A stretch of 64,000 nt of DNA from positions 266-64,265 of the forward strand of contig CABWKN010000093.1 of the NCBI GenBank assembly GCA_902505605.1, read 5' to 3'. The notes below the pieces were generated by a model. The model was not told where the DNA came from and did no database searches. It worked only from the letters and a program-made list of their open reading frames with translations. The position numbers were made by a program, and so were the translations under genes. This DNA comes from Candidatus Guanabacterium sedimentis. GTDB lineage: Bacteria > Acidobacteriota > B3-B38 > Guanabaribacteriales > B3-B38. Shown piece after piece: positions 10,555 through 20,198 of this stretch (the stretch's first letter is position 1; each line of letters opens with the position of its first letter).

Positions 10555-10887
10555 TTATTTTTTGGTATTCTGCTCTATCATCTGTGTAATTACTTCTTGA
10601 GAAACCGCTCCTACTATCTGGTCTTTTACTTTCCCGTTGACAAATAGCAACAGAGTGGGTATTCCTTTAATATTGTACTTGTAAGTGATAGCGGGATTTT
10701 CATCCACATTTAGCCTACCCACCTTTGCTTTATGCCGGTAGCTCCTGGAGATGTTCTCGACTGCTTGAGCAATCATCTTGCAGGGAAAGCACCACTCAGC
10801 CCAGAAATCGACCAATACGGGGATGTCCGACTGCAATACGTTTTTTTCAAAATTCTCGTCAGTGAGACTTAATACACCCTCTTCCAT
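10555..10887 (-). CDS. trxA: Thioredoxin
   Basis: VLVDFWAEWCFPCKM, NVDENP, IKGIPTLL; 110 aa. Confidence 0.93.
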   Translation of the reverse strand: MEEGVLSLTDENFEKNVLQSDIPVLVDFWAEWCFPCKMIAQAVENISRSYRHKAKVGRLNVDENPAITYKYNIKGIPTLLLFVNGKVKDQIVGAVSQEVITQMIEQNTKK

Positions 10888-10947
10888 TGACCTTAGCCTC
10901 CCTTAGTTTTAAATAAATCAGGGTCCTTTTTCCCTCCTTTTAAGAAC

Positions 10948-11469
10948 TCATTCTGCGGGAACGAAATACACATCGGTGGGTTTAAACTGAGAGTTTCGGC
11001 GAAATTTGGCTTTTACTTTCATCCCGATACGGACTTCGTCCTGGCTTAGACCAATCAGTCTGGCTAAAAAGAGGGAATCGACTCCTTCAAACTCAACCAG
11101 TATCAGATTAAAAGGGGTCTCCTTAAGGAACTCTTGGCTTCCGAAGTGGCAGGTGGTCCAGGTGTGGATTTTCCCTTCCAAGGGGAGCTCGAACCAATCG
11201 CACTCCGAACCACAATACATACAATGGAATTTTGGCGTAGCATATTTATAACCGCATTTAGGGCACTTGGTCCCCATAATCTTCTTGTTTGCCAAGCCCG
11301 CAAAGAAGGGGGAATCTTGACCATAGCTGTGAATATAATCAATATGGTATGGCCATTTAATGATGATGGGGGACATTTTCTTTAATTGAGATAAATCTTC
11401 CGGAAAGGGGACATTGAACAGAACGGTTCCCTCCTCGGTTTCAGGGAGCTTTGTCTCTTTCTTTTTCAT
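10948..11469 (-). CDS. DUF35-type Zn-ribbon/OB-fold protein (thiolase partner)
   Basis: CPKC...CMYC zinc ribbon then OB-fold segment GKIHTWT...IGMKVKAKF; directly downstream of the thiolase-like gene; ATG 11469 has an AGGAG RBS. Confidence 0.88.
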   Translation of the reverse strand: MKKKETKLPETEEGTVLFNVPFPEDLSQLKKMSPIIIKWPYHIDYIHSYGQDSPFFAGLANKKIMGTKCPKCGYKYATPKFHCMYCGSECDWFELPLEGKIHTWTTCHFGSQEFLKETPFNLILVEFEGVDSLFLARLIGLSQDEVRIGMKVKAKFRRNSQFKPTDVYFVPAE

Positions 11470-11506
11470 TTTCTTTTCTCCTTTTCGCAAAGATGGGCTT
11501 CACCTC

Positions 11507-12760
11507 TTAAAACGGTTTCTCCAGTATGCTTATAGTGACATAAGTACCTGTGCCGGCGTGCGAGTGGATAAGACCCCTTTTGGCATTCTGTATCTGGAGC
11601 TTATCGTTTCCGAAGTGCTTATTTATCGTCCCCTGCAGCTGCCAGAAAGCGAAGACCGCCTGCATCAGACCGGTTGCACCCACCGGATGTCCACAAGCTA
11701 ATAGCCCTCCAGAAGGATTAACCGGGCAAATGCCACCGAGATTTGGTTTGCCCGATTCGATAAATTGCCCTCCTTCGCCGTATTTACAGAGCCCCAGGTC
11801 TTCGTAGGTCTGAATTTCCGAAGAGGTGTACGCATCGTGCAGTTCTACGAAATCGAGTTCCTCTAAAGGGTTGGTGATTCCTGCCCTTTCATAGGCTAAC
11901 TTGGCTCCCATTCTTCCAGCCCGGAAGGAATGGACTCCGGGATATTTGAGTCCCTTATAGTCGTCAGGAGACTCATGGGGGAGGAGAATGACCTCCCCGT
12001 GAGGTCGGTCGGCCATGCGCATGGCATCTGTTCCACATCCGACAGATGCAATTTTGATTGGCTTATCGGTGAGCTTGGCAGCCATCTTTTCGTCTGCCAG
12101 GATGCATACTGCCGCTCCATCGGACATTACGCAGATATCCAGCATGCCAAGAGGATAGGCTACTATTGGAGCGTTGAGGACATCCTCGACGGCAATCTTC
12201 ATCTTTTTCTGGGCATAGGGATTGTGAAAAGCGTTTTGATAGTTTTTGACTGAGACCATGGCTAATTGCTCTCTGGTGGTGCCAAACTCATACATGTGCC
12301 TTACTACCATCATAGCGTAATAGCCGGTGTAGAACCCTCCCACCGGGTAGTCGTAACTGGCATCAGAAGCTAAGGCGATAAACTCGTTCCCTTTCCAGGT
12401 GTTGACATGGGACATGGTCTCAAAGCCATAGGCCACGCATACATCCTGTCTTCCAGAGGCTACCTCAGCCCATGCGGTCTGGAAGCAGAGTCCTCCGGTG
12501 GCTCCACCCCCTTCTACCCTCTTGCTCTCTTTTGGGCATAGCCCAAGGTAGTCTTGCACCATGATGCCCGACATCAATTGCCGCTGAAAATGGTCAGAGA
12601 AGTAAGAAGCAACGCTGCCATCAATCTGGTCGATGGTCAGATGGGGGACATCGTTCATCGCATAATCAAAAGCTTCTTTTACCATCGGTTGGAAAGTCTT
12701 ATCGGGTCTCGCTTTGGTGAACTTGCTCACTCCTCCGCTAACCATGTAGACATCTCTCAT
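11507..12760 (-). CDS. Thiolase-fold (SCP-x/archaeal-type) protein lacking the nucleophilic Cys
   Basis: SDGAAVCIL, ELHDAY, VNPSGGLLACGHPVGATG thiolase motifs; EGGGATGG where ExACASG is expected. Confidence 0.88.
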   Translation of the reverse strand: MRDVYMVSGGVSKFTKARPDKTFQPMVKEAFDYAMNDVPHLTIDQIDGSVASYFSDHFQRQLMSGIMVQDYLGLCPKESKRVEGGGATGGLCFQTAWAEVASGRQDVCVAYGFETMSHVNTWKGNEFIALASDASYDYPVGGFYTGYYAMMVVRHMYEFGTTREQLAMVSVKNYQNAFHNPYAQKKMKIAVEDVLNAPIVAYPLGMLDICVMSDGAAVCILADEKMAAKLTDKPIKIASVGCGTDAMRMADRPHGEVILLPHESPDDYKGLKYPGVHSFRAGRMGAKLAYERAGITNPLEELDFVELHDAYTSSEIQTYEDLGLCKYGEGGQFIESGKPNLGGICPVNPSGGLLACGHPVGATGLMQAVFAFWQLQGTINKHFGNDKLQIQNAKRGLIHSHAGTGTYVTISILEKPF

Positions 12761-12858
12761 TACTTCACCTCCTTATGTGGTGCTACATGAAATGCCATTT
12801 TTGATTGGGAAATATCTTCTCGCTTTTATCATAATGCTGAGCATTAAAAAAGCTTATC

Positions 12859-12886
12859 ATTATAGCATTGTTATTCTGGAATACAA
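12859..12886 (-). promoter_or_regulatory. Putative sigma70 promoter for thiolase-like/DUF35 genes
   Basis: Minus strand TTGTAT-N16-TATAAT with extended -10 TGCTATAAT. Confidence 0.6.
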
Positions 12887-12976
12887 AGGATTTCCCTCTT
12901 TTCAGCCCCTGTTAAAGATTCCCCATACCGCTGCCTTTTGAGCCATATTTGTACCCCTTGGTAAGAGGGGAGATAC

Positions 12977-13384
12977 TTATTTTCCTCGCAGCCTCTGTTT
13001 AACGAACTCTATCGCTTCGGTGGTATGGGCCCCGGGCGTAAATATCTCGGCAACCCCTATCTGTTTAAGCTTGGGTATATCAATTTCAGGAATAATTCCA
13101 CCTCCGATAATCAGCATATCAGTGGCTCCTTTCTCTTTGAGGAGCTCTATTATTCTGGGGAAAATATAAAGGTGGGCTCCTGAAAGGATGCTGATGCCGA
13201 TGACATCTACATCCTCCTGTATGGCAGCCGTGACTATTTGTTCTGGAGTCTGGCGCAAGCCGGTGTAAATCACCTCCATACCAGCATCCCGGAACGACCG
13301 GGCGATGACTTTGGCTCCCCTGTCGTGACCGTCGAGCCCAGGTTTAGCGATGAGCACCCTGATTTTAGCTTTATATGAATTCAT
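12977..13384 (-). CDS. Cobalamin-binding small subunit of an acyl-CoA mutase (IcmB-like)
   Basis: [10 protein letters not shown] (DxHxxG), SILSGAH, GGGIIP; directly follows the mutase large subunit. Confidence 0.93.
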   Translation of the reverse strand: MNSYKAKIRVLIAKPGLDGHDRGAKVIARSFRDAGMEVIYTGLRQTPEQIVTAAIQEDVDVIGISILSGAHLYIFPRIIELLKEKGATDMLIIGGGIIPEIDIPKLKQIGVAEIFTPGAHTTEAIEFVKQRLRGK

Positions 13385-13462
13385 ATATAAACCTTAGATT
13401 TAACCATACTGTTAAAAGCTCACTTTATCTGCTTCCAGGGAAAATTGATGAATAAGGTCGTC

Positions 13463-15130
13463 TCAAAAGACGGAAGGTTCCTGATACTCGCCAAATTCTT
13501 CCCTCATGACATTAATTATCTCTCCTAGGGAGGCATAGGCTTTGACGCTTTCCAATATAAAAGGCATTAGGTTGTCTTTCCCTCGGGCAGCTATACGGAG
13601 CCGTTTGAGGCACTCTTCCACTTTGGCGCTGTTTCGCTGTTGGCGAATAGCTTGAAGCTTATTTATTTGCTTAGCGCGCTCGACCTCAGGGTCGATCATT
13701 AAAAACGGGGGTTGCTCCTCTTCTTCCATGAGAAATTCATTAACCCCTACTATGATCTTCTCCTTCTTTTCTATTGCTTGCTGATAGCGGTAGGCAGCCT
13801 CCATTATCTCTTTCTGAGGGAACCCCCTTTCAATAGCTGCTATCATACCCCCCATCTCGTCTATCTTGTTGATGTAGTCCCAGGCTTGCTCTTCCATCTC
13901 ATCGGTCAATTTTTCTATAAAATATGAGCCACCTAATGGGTCGATGGTGTTAGCAATCCCACTCTCGTATGCGAGAATCTGCTGAGTGCGCAGGGCAGTG
14001 GTGGCGGCTTCTTCAGCGGGGACTGCTAAGGCTTCATCCTTGGAGTTGGTATGAAGAGATTGCGTTCCCCCCAGAATGGCTGCCAGAGCCTGAATGGTGA
14101 CTCTCACAATATTGTTCTCAATCTGCTGGGCGGTGAGGCTGCAGCCAGCTGTCTGGGTGTGGAACCGCAGCCACCAGGAGCGTTCCTTTTTAGCCTTAAA
14201 CCTCTCTTTCATCACCTTCGCCCATATGCGGCGGGCAGCCCGAAATTTGGCTATCTCTTCAAAGAGGTCGTTATGGGAGTTGAAGAAGAAGGATAGGCGC
14301 GGGGCAAACTCATCTACTTCCAGTCCAGCGTCTATCCCCGCTTGCGCATAAGCAATCCCATCAGCCAGGGTAAAGGCAAGCTCCTGGACAGCGGTAGCCC
14401 CTGCTTCTCTGATGTGGTAGCCGCTGATGCTTATGGTATTCCATAGGGGGACCTCGCTGGAGCCGTAAGCGAACATATCAGTGATGATTCTCATAGAGGG
14501 TTGGGGAGGGAAAATCCACTCCTTCTGTGCTATGTATTCTTTCAATATGTCATTCTGCACGGTCCCACCAATCTGGTTTGGCTTAACTCCCTGTTTTTCT
14601 GCTACGGCGATATACATCGCCAGAAGAATAGCTGCGGGAGCATTTATGGTCATAGATGTAGTGACCTTATCAAGTGGAATGCCATTAAAGAGAGTCTCCA
14701 TGTCCTGGAGAGTGTCCACCGCTACTCCGCATTTGCCCACTTCACCCATGGCAAGGGGATGGTCTGAGTCGTACCCCATAAGGGTCGGCAGGTCAAAAGC
14801 TACGCTTAAGCCCGTCTGCCCTCTTTCCAGCAGAAGTCGGTAGCGACGATTGGACTCCTCTGCGGTAGCGAAGCCCGAAAACTGCCGCATGGTCCATAAC
14901 TTGCCCCGGTACATGGTAGCTTGAATCCCTCTGGTAAAAGGGTAAATGCCGGGGAATGATAGCTTTGTTAAATAGTCAAAATCTGGTACATCAGCCGGGG
15001 TATAGAGGTCTTTTATCGGCTTGCCCGATACGGTAGTGAACAGCTCTTTCCGCTCCGGATGGCGCTTGACGGCAGAGGATGCTATCTTATTTTTCCAGCG
15101 CTGTTGTTCACTTTTCATCCTATCGTCCAT
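13463..15130 (-). CDS. B12-dependent acyl-CoA mutase large subunit, isobutyryl-CoA mutase signature (IcmA-like)
   Basis: [37 protein letters not shown]; specificity positions RQFSGF (Phe) and KEYIAQKEW (Gln). Confidence 0.92.
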   Translation of the reverse strand: MDDRMKSEQQRWKNKIASSAVKRHPERKELFTTVSGKPIKDLYTPADVPDFDYLTKLSFPGIYPFTRGIQATMYRGKLWTMRQFSGFATAEESNRRYRLLLERGQTGLSVAFDLPTLMGYDSDHPLAMGEVGKCGVAVDTLQDMETLFNGIPLDKVTTSMTINAPAAILLAMYIAVAEKQGVKPNQIGGTVQNDILKEYIAQKEWIFPPQPSMRIITDMFAYGSSEVPLWNTISISGYHIREAGATAVQELAFTLADGIAYAQAGIDAGLEVDEFAPRLSFFFNSHNDLFEEIAKFRAARRIWAKVMKERFKAKKERSWWLRFHTQTAGCSLTAQQIENNIVRVTIQALAAILGGTQSLHTNSKDEALAVPAEEAATTALRTQQILAYESGIANTIDPLGGSYFIEKLTDEMEEQAWDYINKIDEMGGMIAAIERGFPQKEIMEAAYRYQQAIEKKEKIIVGVNEFLMEEEEQPPFLMIDPEVERAKQINKLQAIRQQRNSAKVEECLKRLRIAARGKDNLMPFILESVKAYASLGEIINVMREEFGEYQEPSVF

Positions 15131-15195
15131 CTTCAAACCCTTTTAATATGAAGGTCGCCAAAAGACTTTTTAATGATACAAATTTTGGCACGGTA

Positions 15196-15204
15196 ATTAT
15201 ACCA
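15196..15204 (-). promoter_or_regulatory. Extended -10 element upstream of the mutase large subunit
   Basis: Minus strand TGGTATAAT about 65 nt upstream of the start; no clear -35. Confidence 0.45.
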
Positions 15205-15300
15205 TAAAATTTGCGCCTGTGCATCTGGCAGAAATACCTCGCTTGGCGTAGAAAGAACCTTCCCTTATTAAGAAGGGAAGGGAGTCATATGCGATGGAAT

Positions 15301-16440
15301 TTACTTGAGGATGCTGCTGGCAATGACGACGCGCTGGATCTCGTTGGTCCCTTCGTAAATCTCTGTAATCTTGGCATCGCGGAAGAATCTCTCCATCGGG
15401 TATTCCTTCATATAGCCATATCCGCCGTGGATTTGAATCCCTTTAGTGGTGGCTTTCATAGCGGTTTCCGAAGCGAAGAGCTTTGCCATAGATGCCTGGG
15501 ATGAATATCTTTCTCCTTTTTCCTTGAGGAAAGCAGCTCGGTAGGTGAGCAATCGGGCAGCCTCAATTTCGGTAGACATGTCGACTAACATCCATTGGAT
15601 AGCCTGGAATTTAGCAATCGGCTGTCCGAACTGAATCCTCTCTTTGGAGTATTTCAGGCACTCATCAAGGCAAGCCTGGGCAATCCCCACTGCCTGGGCG
15701 GCTATCCCAATCCTTCCTCCGTCGAGGGAAACCAGAGCCATCTTAAAGCCTCCCCCCTTTTCTCCAAGGAGGTTCTCTTTGGGAACCAGGCAGTCTTCAA
15801 AGTAAAGTTCGCATTGCCCCGATGCGTTGATTCCTAACTTTTGCTGAATCTTGCCGACAGAATAACCAGGGAATCCTCGTTCTACAATGAAGGTACTTAT
15901 CCCTTTGTATCCCAGGGACTTGTCGGTCATGGCAAAGATCAAAGCCACCTCTGCCACTCGACCATTGGTAATAAACAGCTTGTTCCCGTTGATGACATAA
16001 TGGTCGCCCTTGAGAACTGCGGTAGTCTTAAGATTGGCGGCATCAGAGCCTGCTTCGGGCTCGGTGAGAGCAAAGCAACCTAATTTCTTTCCTGAAGCAA
16101 GGTCGGGTAAATATTTTTTCTTTTGAAAATCCGTTCCATATTTTAAAATCGGCTCGCAAATCAGAGAGTTGTTAACCGATAATATCACCCCGGTTGAGGC
16201 GCAAGCCCGGGAGATTTCTTCAATTACAATAGCATAGGAGACGGCATCCAATCCTCCTCCGCCATACTCTTCGGGAACGGTGATACCGAGGAAGTTTAAC
16301 GGGGCTAATTTTTTAATTATCTCCATGGGGAATTCTCCGGTGGCATCAATCTCTGCCGCCCGGGATTTGATCTCTTTCTCTGCAAATTCTCTGGCTGTTT
16401 GCCTTACCATCAGCTGTTCTTCAGAAAGTTGGAAATCCAT
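15301..16440 (-). CDS. Acyl-CoA dehydrogenase (short/branched-chain, butyryl-CoA dehydrogenase-like)
   Basis: FALTEPEAGSDA, NGNKLFITNG, GGRIGIAAQ, QIHGGYGY, IYEGTNEIQR. Confidence 0.95.
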   Translation of the reverse strand: MDFQLSEEQLMVRQTAREFAEKEIKSRAAEIDATGEFPMEIIKKLAPLNFLGITVPEEYGGGGLDAVSYAIVIEEISRACASTGVILSVNNSLICEPILKYGTDFQKKKYLPDLASGKKLGCFALTEPEAGSDAANLKTTAVLKGDHYVINGNKLFITNGRVAEVALIFAMTDKSLGYKGISTFIVERGFPGYSVGKIQQKLGINASGQCELYFEDCLVPKENLLGEKGGGFKMALVSLDGGRIGIAAQAVGIAQACLDECLKYSKERIQFGQPIAKFQAIQWMLVDMSTEIEAARLLTYRAAFLKEKGERYSSQASMAKLFASETAMKATTKGIQIHGGYGYMKEYPMERFFRDAKITEIYEGTNEIQRVVIASSILK

Positions 16441-16585
16441 GGTACACTCCTCTTCAAATATTTATAAAATCATGATGCTCGTCCTTTTATCTGTTATGAC
16501 ACAGCTTCCTCTCTCTCAATTACCTCGCTACCGCTGATAAAGAAAGGGGAATTGCGGGGCAGAATAGGTTTGCCCTGGGTACATT

Positions 16586-17068
16586 TTAATCTTTGAAGTG
16601 GGGCTTTAGCTTTTTAAAAGTGCTCTGAGGGTCCTCAGGTATAACCCTTGTTTCACCAACTACGCTCATAAAACTGGTATCGCCATTCCATCGGGGAACA
16701 ATATGCCAATGGTAATGGTCGGTTATTCCAGCACCAGCAACCTTCCCCAGGTTGAGTCCGATGTTAAATCCGTCGGGTTTATAGACTAAGGAGAGAACTT
16801 TGATGCACTTTTGCATTAGCTGAATAAGTTCGGTGGTCAGCTCAGTGTCAGAATCTTCGAAGGAGGATGTATGGGAATAAGGAGCTATCATCAGATGGCC
16901 GTTGTTATAAGGGAAGGCGTTCAATATTACGAAACTCTGCTTGCCTCGGTAGAGCATAAGCCCCTCTTCGTCACTGCTCAATGATAAAGCCTTGCAAAAG
17001 ATACAGCTTCTACCCGATTTGTGAGATGCCACATAAGGATATCTCCAGGGTGAATAGAGGCGTTTCAT
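16586..17068 (-). CDS. HIT-family nucleotide hydrolase/Ap4A phosphorylase-like protein
   Basis: CIFC, LNAFPYNNGHLMI, GKVAGAGI, HYHWHIVPRW histidine triad. Confidence 0.92.
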   Translation of the reverse strand: MKRLYSPWRYPYVASHKSGRSCIFCKALSLSSDEEGLMLYRGKQSFVILNAFPYNNGHLMIAPYSHTSSFEDSDTELTTELIQLMQKCIKVLSLVYKPDGFNIGLNLGKVAGAGITDHYHWHIVPRWNGDTSFMSVVGETRVIPEDPQSTFKKLKPHFKD

Positions 17069-17106
17069 TCTTAAGATATCCCCATTAAGGTAGAAGGTTT
17101 AAGCTC

Positions 17107-17382
17107 CTATTTGTTGATAAGTTCCTTCAGTTCTCTGCCAGGCTTAAAATAAGGTATCCGCTTAGCAGGTACCTGCACCCGTTCCCCGGTTTTTGGGTTT
17201 CGACCCGCGCGAGCCCTTCTGTTCCGAAGCCGGAAACTGCCAAAGCCTCGGAGTTCAATCTTCTCGCCCCGATGCAGAGCATCGATGATACTTTGGAGAA
17301 CTGTACTCACTATAACTTCGGAATCTTTCTTCGGCAAATCGGTAGCCTTAGCCACCTCGGCAATTAATTCCGCTTTGGTCAT
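17107..17382 (-). CDS. ihfB: Integration host factor beta / HU-family DNA-binding protein
   Basis: IELRGFGSF, GRNPKTGE, YFKPGRELK; downstream of rpsA. Confidence 0.88.
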   Translation of the reverse strand: MTKAELIAEVAKATDLPKKDSEVIVSTVLQSIIDALHRGEKIELRGFGSFRLRNRRARAGRNPKTGERVQVPAKRIPYFKPGRELKELINK

Positions 17383-17537
17383 ATTTTTGCACTCCTTTTT
17401 TATAATGTAGTGAACTAAACTGGATTTTCCCTACCTTTTCACTGCTTAAGACTTTTACCCTTTTTTCTTAAGGGGTCTAAAAAGAGGTCAATTGGCGCTT
17501 TTTCTCTCTTTTTGCAGCGGAGATGTCCACAGGGCGC

Positions 17538-19376
17538 TCATTCTTCTATGGACGATGAAGCAGGTTTTTTGTGTTTTCTTTTTGACTTTTCAAGCTGGCT
17601 AAGAGTCTTTTTGTCAATAACATCACCGATAATCGCCCCACCCTTTTCTGCGGCGAATTTTTCGATATTTACTTTTTCTTTGTCAGCTAAGTAAGCAGTC
17701 AGACTCAAGCCAATCTTCCTTTCCTGAGGGTCGAGCTTAACTATCTTAAGGGTCAAAGTTTCCCCAACTTTGTATTTCTGCTTGGGGTCGGTGAGACGCT
17801 CTTTATCTAATTCGGAGACATGGACTAGCCCTTCAACTCCAGGGATGAGCTCGACAAAAGCTCCGAAGTTAGTAATGCTGACAATTTTACCTTTAACCAC
17901 ATCGCCCATTCGGTGCTTCTTGAAAAACTCCTCCCAGACATTAGGGGTCATTTGCTTCAGCCCCAGCGATAGTCTCTGGCTTTCTACATCAATATTCAGG
18001 ATTACCGCCTCTACTGTATCCCCTTTCTTAAGCATCTCGGAGGGATGCTTTATGCGCTTAGTCCAGGACATATCGGAGATATGTATTAACCCATCAATCC
18101 CTTCTTCTACTTCCACGAAAGCGCCAAAATCAGTAAGATTTCTGATCCTGCCTTTTATTATTGACCCGATGCTGTATTTTTCTTCGATCATCTTCCAGGG
18201 GTTAGGCTCGGTTTGCTTAAGTCCTAAAGAGATCCGGCGCAAGGATTGGTCAATGTGGAGCACCACAGCTTCCACAGTGTCTCCTATGGAGACTATGCGG
18301 GAGGGATGCTTTATCCTCTTGTTCCAGGACATCTCGGAGATGTGGATTAATCCCTCAATACCTTCTTCCAGCTCGATGAAGGCGCCGTAATCGGTGAGGC
18401 TCACCACCTTGCCGCGCACCCGGGAGCCAATGGAGTATTTCTCCTCTGCTTTGAGCCAGGGGTCAGGGGTTTTCTGCTTATAGCCTAAGGAGACCCTGTT
18501 GTTATGGCGATCGAACTTTAAGACCATCACCTCAACCTCGTCGCCGATTACAAATAGCTCCGAGGGATGGTTAACCCTTCCCCAGGACATATCGGTTATG
18601 TGGAGGAGCCCGTCGATACCCCCAAGGTCTATAAAGGCGCCGTATTCAGTGATGTTTTTGACAATGCCCTTGACTACCGTTCCTTCCTCCAGGGAAGCAA
18701 GCAGCCTTTCCCTTTTTCGGCGGTTCTCCTCTTCTAGGACTACCTTTCTGGAAAGGACAATGTTCCCACGCCTTTTGTTGAGCTTGATGACCTTCATCTC
18801 AAGCTCTTTACCTCTTAAGGTATCGAGATTTCTTACCGGTCGCACATCAACCTGGGAGCCTGGGAGAAAGGCTTTTACTCCGATGTCTACAGTCAATCCA
18901 CCTTTTATCCGCTCGATCACTCTTCCGGTGACTACGCTATTTTCATGATAAGCTTTTTCAATCTGGTCCCAGACCTTCATCTTCTCTGCTTTTTCCTTGG
19001 AGAGAACCAGATAGCCTTCCATATTCTCAACATATTCAAAGAGCAGGTTCACCTTGTCGCCAGATTTTACAGTTATATTGCCCTCGCTGTCTCTAAATTC
19101 TTGGAGCGGAACAAGAGCGTCAGACTTATATCCTATATCTACCAGAATTCCACTACTGGTTACTTTGATTACGCTTCCTTCAATAATTTCCCCTTCAGAA
19201 AAGCTTCGAAAGCTCTTATGGTAGAGTTCGGCTAACTGTTCGGAGTTGAGCTCTTCTAATTCATCCTTTGCAAGCTCGGGGGAAGGGTTATCCCCCTGGG
19301 TTTCAGAAGATTCTTTATCCCCCTTTTTCTCCTCCTCGGCTTTAAGTTTTTCTTTGGGGACTTCTTCGTCCATCAT
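17538..19376 (-). CDS. rpsA: 30S ribosomal protein S1 (six S1 domains)
   Basis: AFLPGSQVD and four GAFxxL...EGLxHISE/D repeats; follows cmk. Confidence 0.97.
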   Translation of the reverse strand: MMDEEVPKEKLKAEEEKKGDKESSETQGDNPSPELAKDELEELNSEQLAELYHKSFRSFSEGEIIEGSVIKVTSSGILVDIGYKSDALVPLQEFRDSEGNITVKSGDKVNLLFEYVENMEGYLVLSKEKAEKMKVWDQIEKAYHENSVVTGRVIERIKGGLTVDIGVKAFLPGSQVDVRPVRNLDTLRGKELEMKVIKLNKRRGNIVLSRKVVLEEENRRKRERLLASLEEGTVVKGIVKNITEYGAFIDLGGIDGLLHITDMSWGRVNHPSELFVIGDEVEVMVLKFDRHNNRVSLGYKQKTPDPWLKAEEKYSIGSRVRGKVVSLTDYGAFIELEEGIEGLIHISEMSWNKRIKHPSRIVSIGDTVEAVVLHIDQSLRRISLGLKQTEPNPWKMIEEKYSIGSIIKGRIRNLTDFGAFVEVEEGIDGLIHISDMSWTKRIKHPSEMLKKGDTVEAVILNIDVESQRLSLGLKQMTPNVWEEFFKKHRMGDVVKGKIVSITNFGAFVELIPGVEGLVHVSELDKERLTDPKQKYKVGETLTLKIVKLDPQERKIGLSLTAYLADKEKVNIEKFAAEKGGAIIGDVIDKKTLSQLEKSKRKHKKPASSSIEE

Positions 19377-19496
19377 TAGATTAGTTACCTCCTTATTTTG
19401 ATATTATACCGAAGTGCTTCCTGCTAACTATAAAATACGTCCTTTCGGGCATAAAAATATATAAAACTTAATGTAATCATTGATTATACTCAATTT

Positions 19497-20198
19497 TTAG
19501 TCTTTGTCAAGGATAAAAAAGTCTTCTTCTCTAAATTTAATCTTCTCTAAGGTAAGGTTTAAGACCTCCTCTATAGTGAGGTCGGTAGTATCGATGTAAA
19601 TTGAACCTTTACCTCTAGTAAGAGGGGAGTGGGTACGCTGCGAATCGCTTCTATCACGACGCTCGATATCTTCTTTGACTTTTTCTTCGAAGGCAATGAT
19701 TCCACTTTTTTTAAGCTCGAGATAACGCCTGTGGGCTCTTTCGGCAAGAGAGGCATCCAGATAGAATTTAAAATCGGCTTTAGGAAAGACCTTGGTGCAT
19801 ACATCCCTCCCTTCAGCAACCAATCCCCCTTTGGCTCCTATTTCCCTTTGGATTTTCACCAAGGTCTGCCGCACCCCCGGGAAGGAGGAAATCCTGGATG
19901 CCGCCTCACTCACCTGGGGATGGCGTATCTTATCCGAGACATCTTCCCCATCGATAATAATCCTGTAATCATCTTCCTGCTGGTAGAATCTGATGGATGA
20001 ATGCCTGGCCAATTGGCTCATTTCTTCTTCAGAGTTAAGCTCCATATTTTTTTTTAGCGCCTTCCATGCTAAAGCCCGATACATAGCTCCGGTATCCAGA
20101 TAAGTATAGCCGAGTTTCTTTGATAGTAGCTTGGCAATAGTGCTTTTGCCCGAAGCGGAAGGACCATCGATGGCGATTATTAATCTGTTGCTCGTCAT
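19497..20198 (-). CDS. cmk: Cytidylate kinase
   Basis: AIDGPSASGKST, LDTGAMYR, AEGRD. Confidence 0.96.
   Translation of the reverse strand: MTSNRLIIAIDGPSASGKSTIAKLLSKKLGYTYLDTGAMYRALAWKALKKNMELNSEEEMSQLARHSSIRFYQQEDDYRIIIDGEDVSDKIRHPQVSEAASRISSFPGVRQTLVKIQREIGAKGGLVAEGRDVCTKVFPKADFKFYLDASLAERAHRRYLELKKSGIIAFEEKVKEDIERRDRSDSQRTHSPLTRGKGSIYIDTTDLTIEEVLNLTLEKIKFREEDFFILDKD

Noticed and set aside
15186..15200. Sigma54 promoter-like TGGCACG
   Set aside because: The -12 element reads TTAT rather than TTGC and it points away from the adjacent genes
17770..18948. Long plus-strand ORFs with internal repeats
   Set aside because: Antisense shadows of the repeated S1 domains of rpsA
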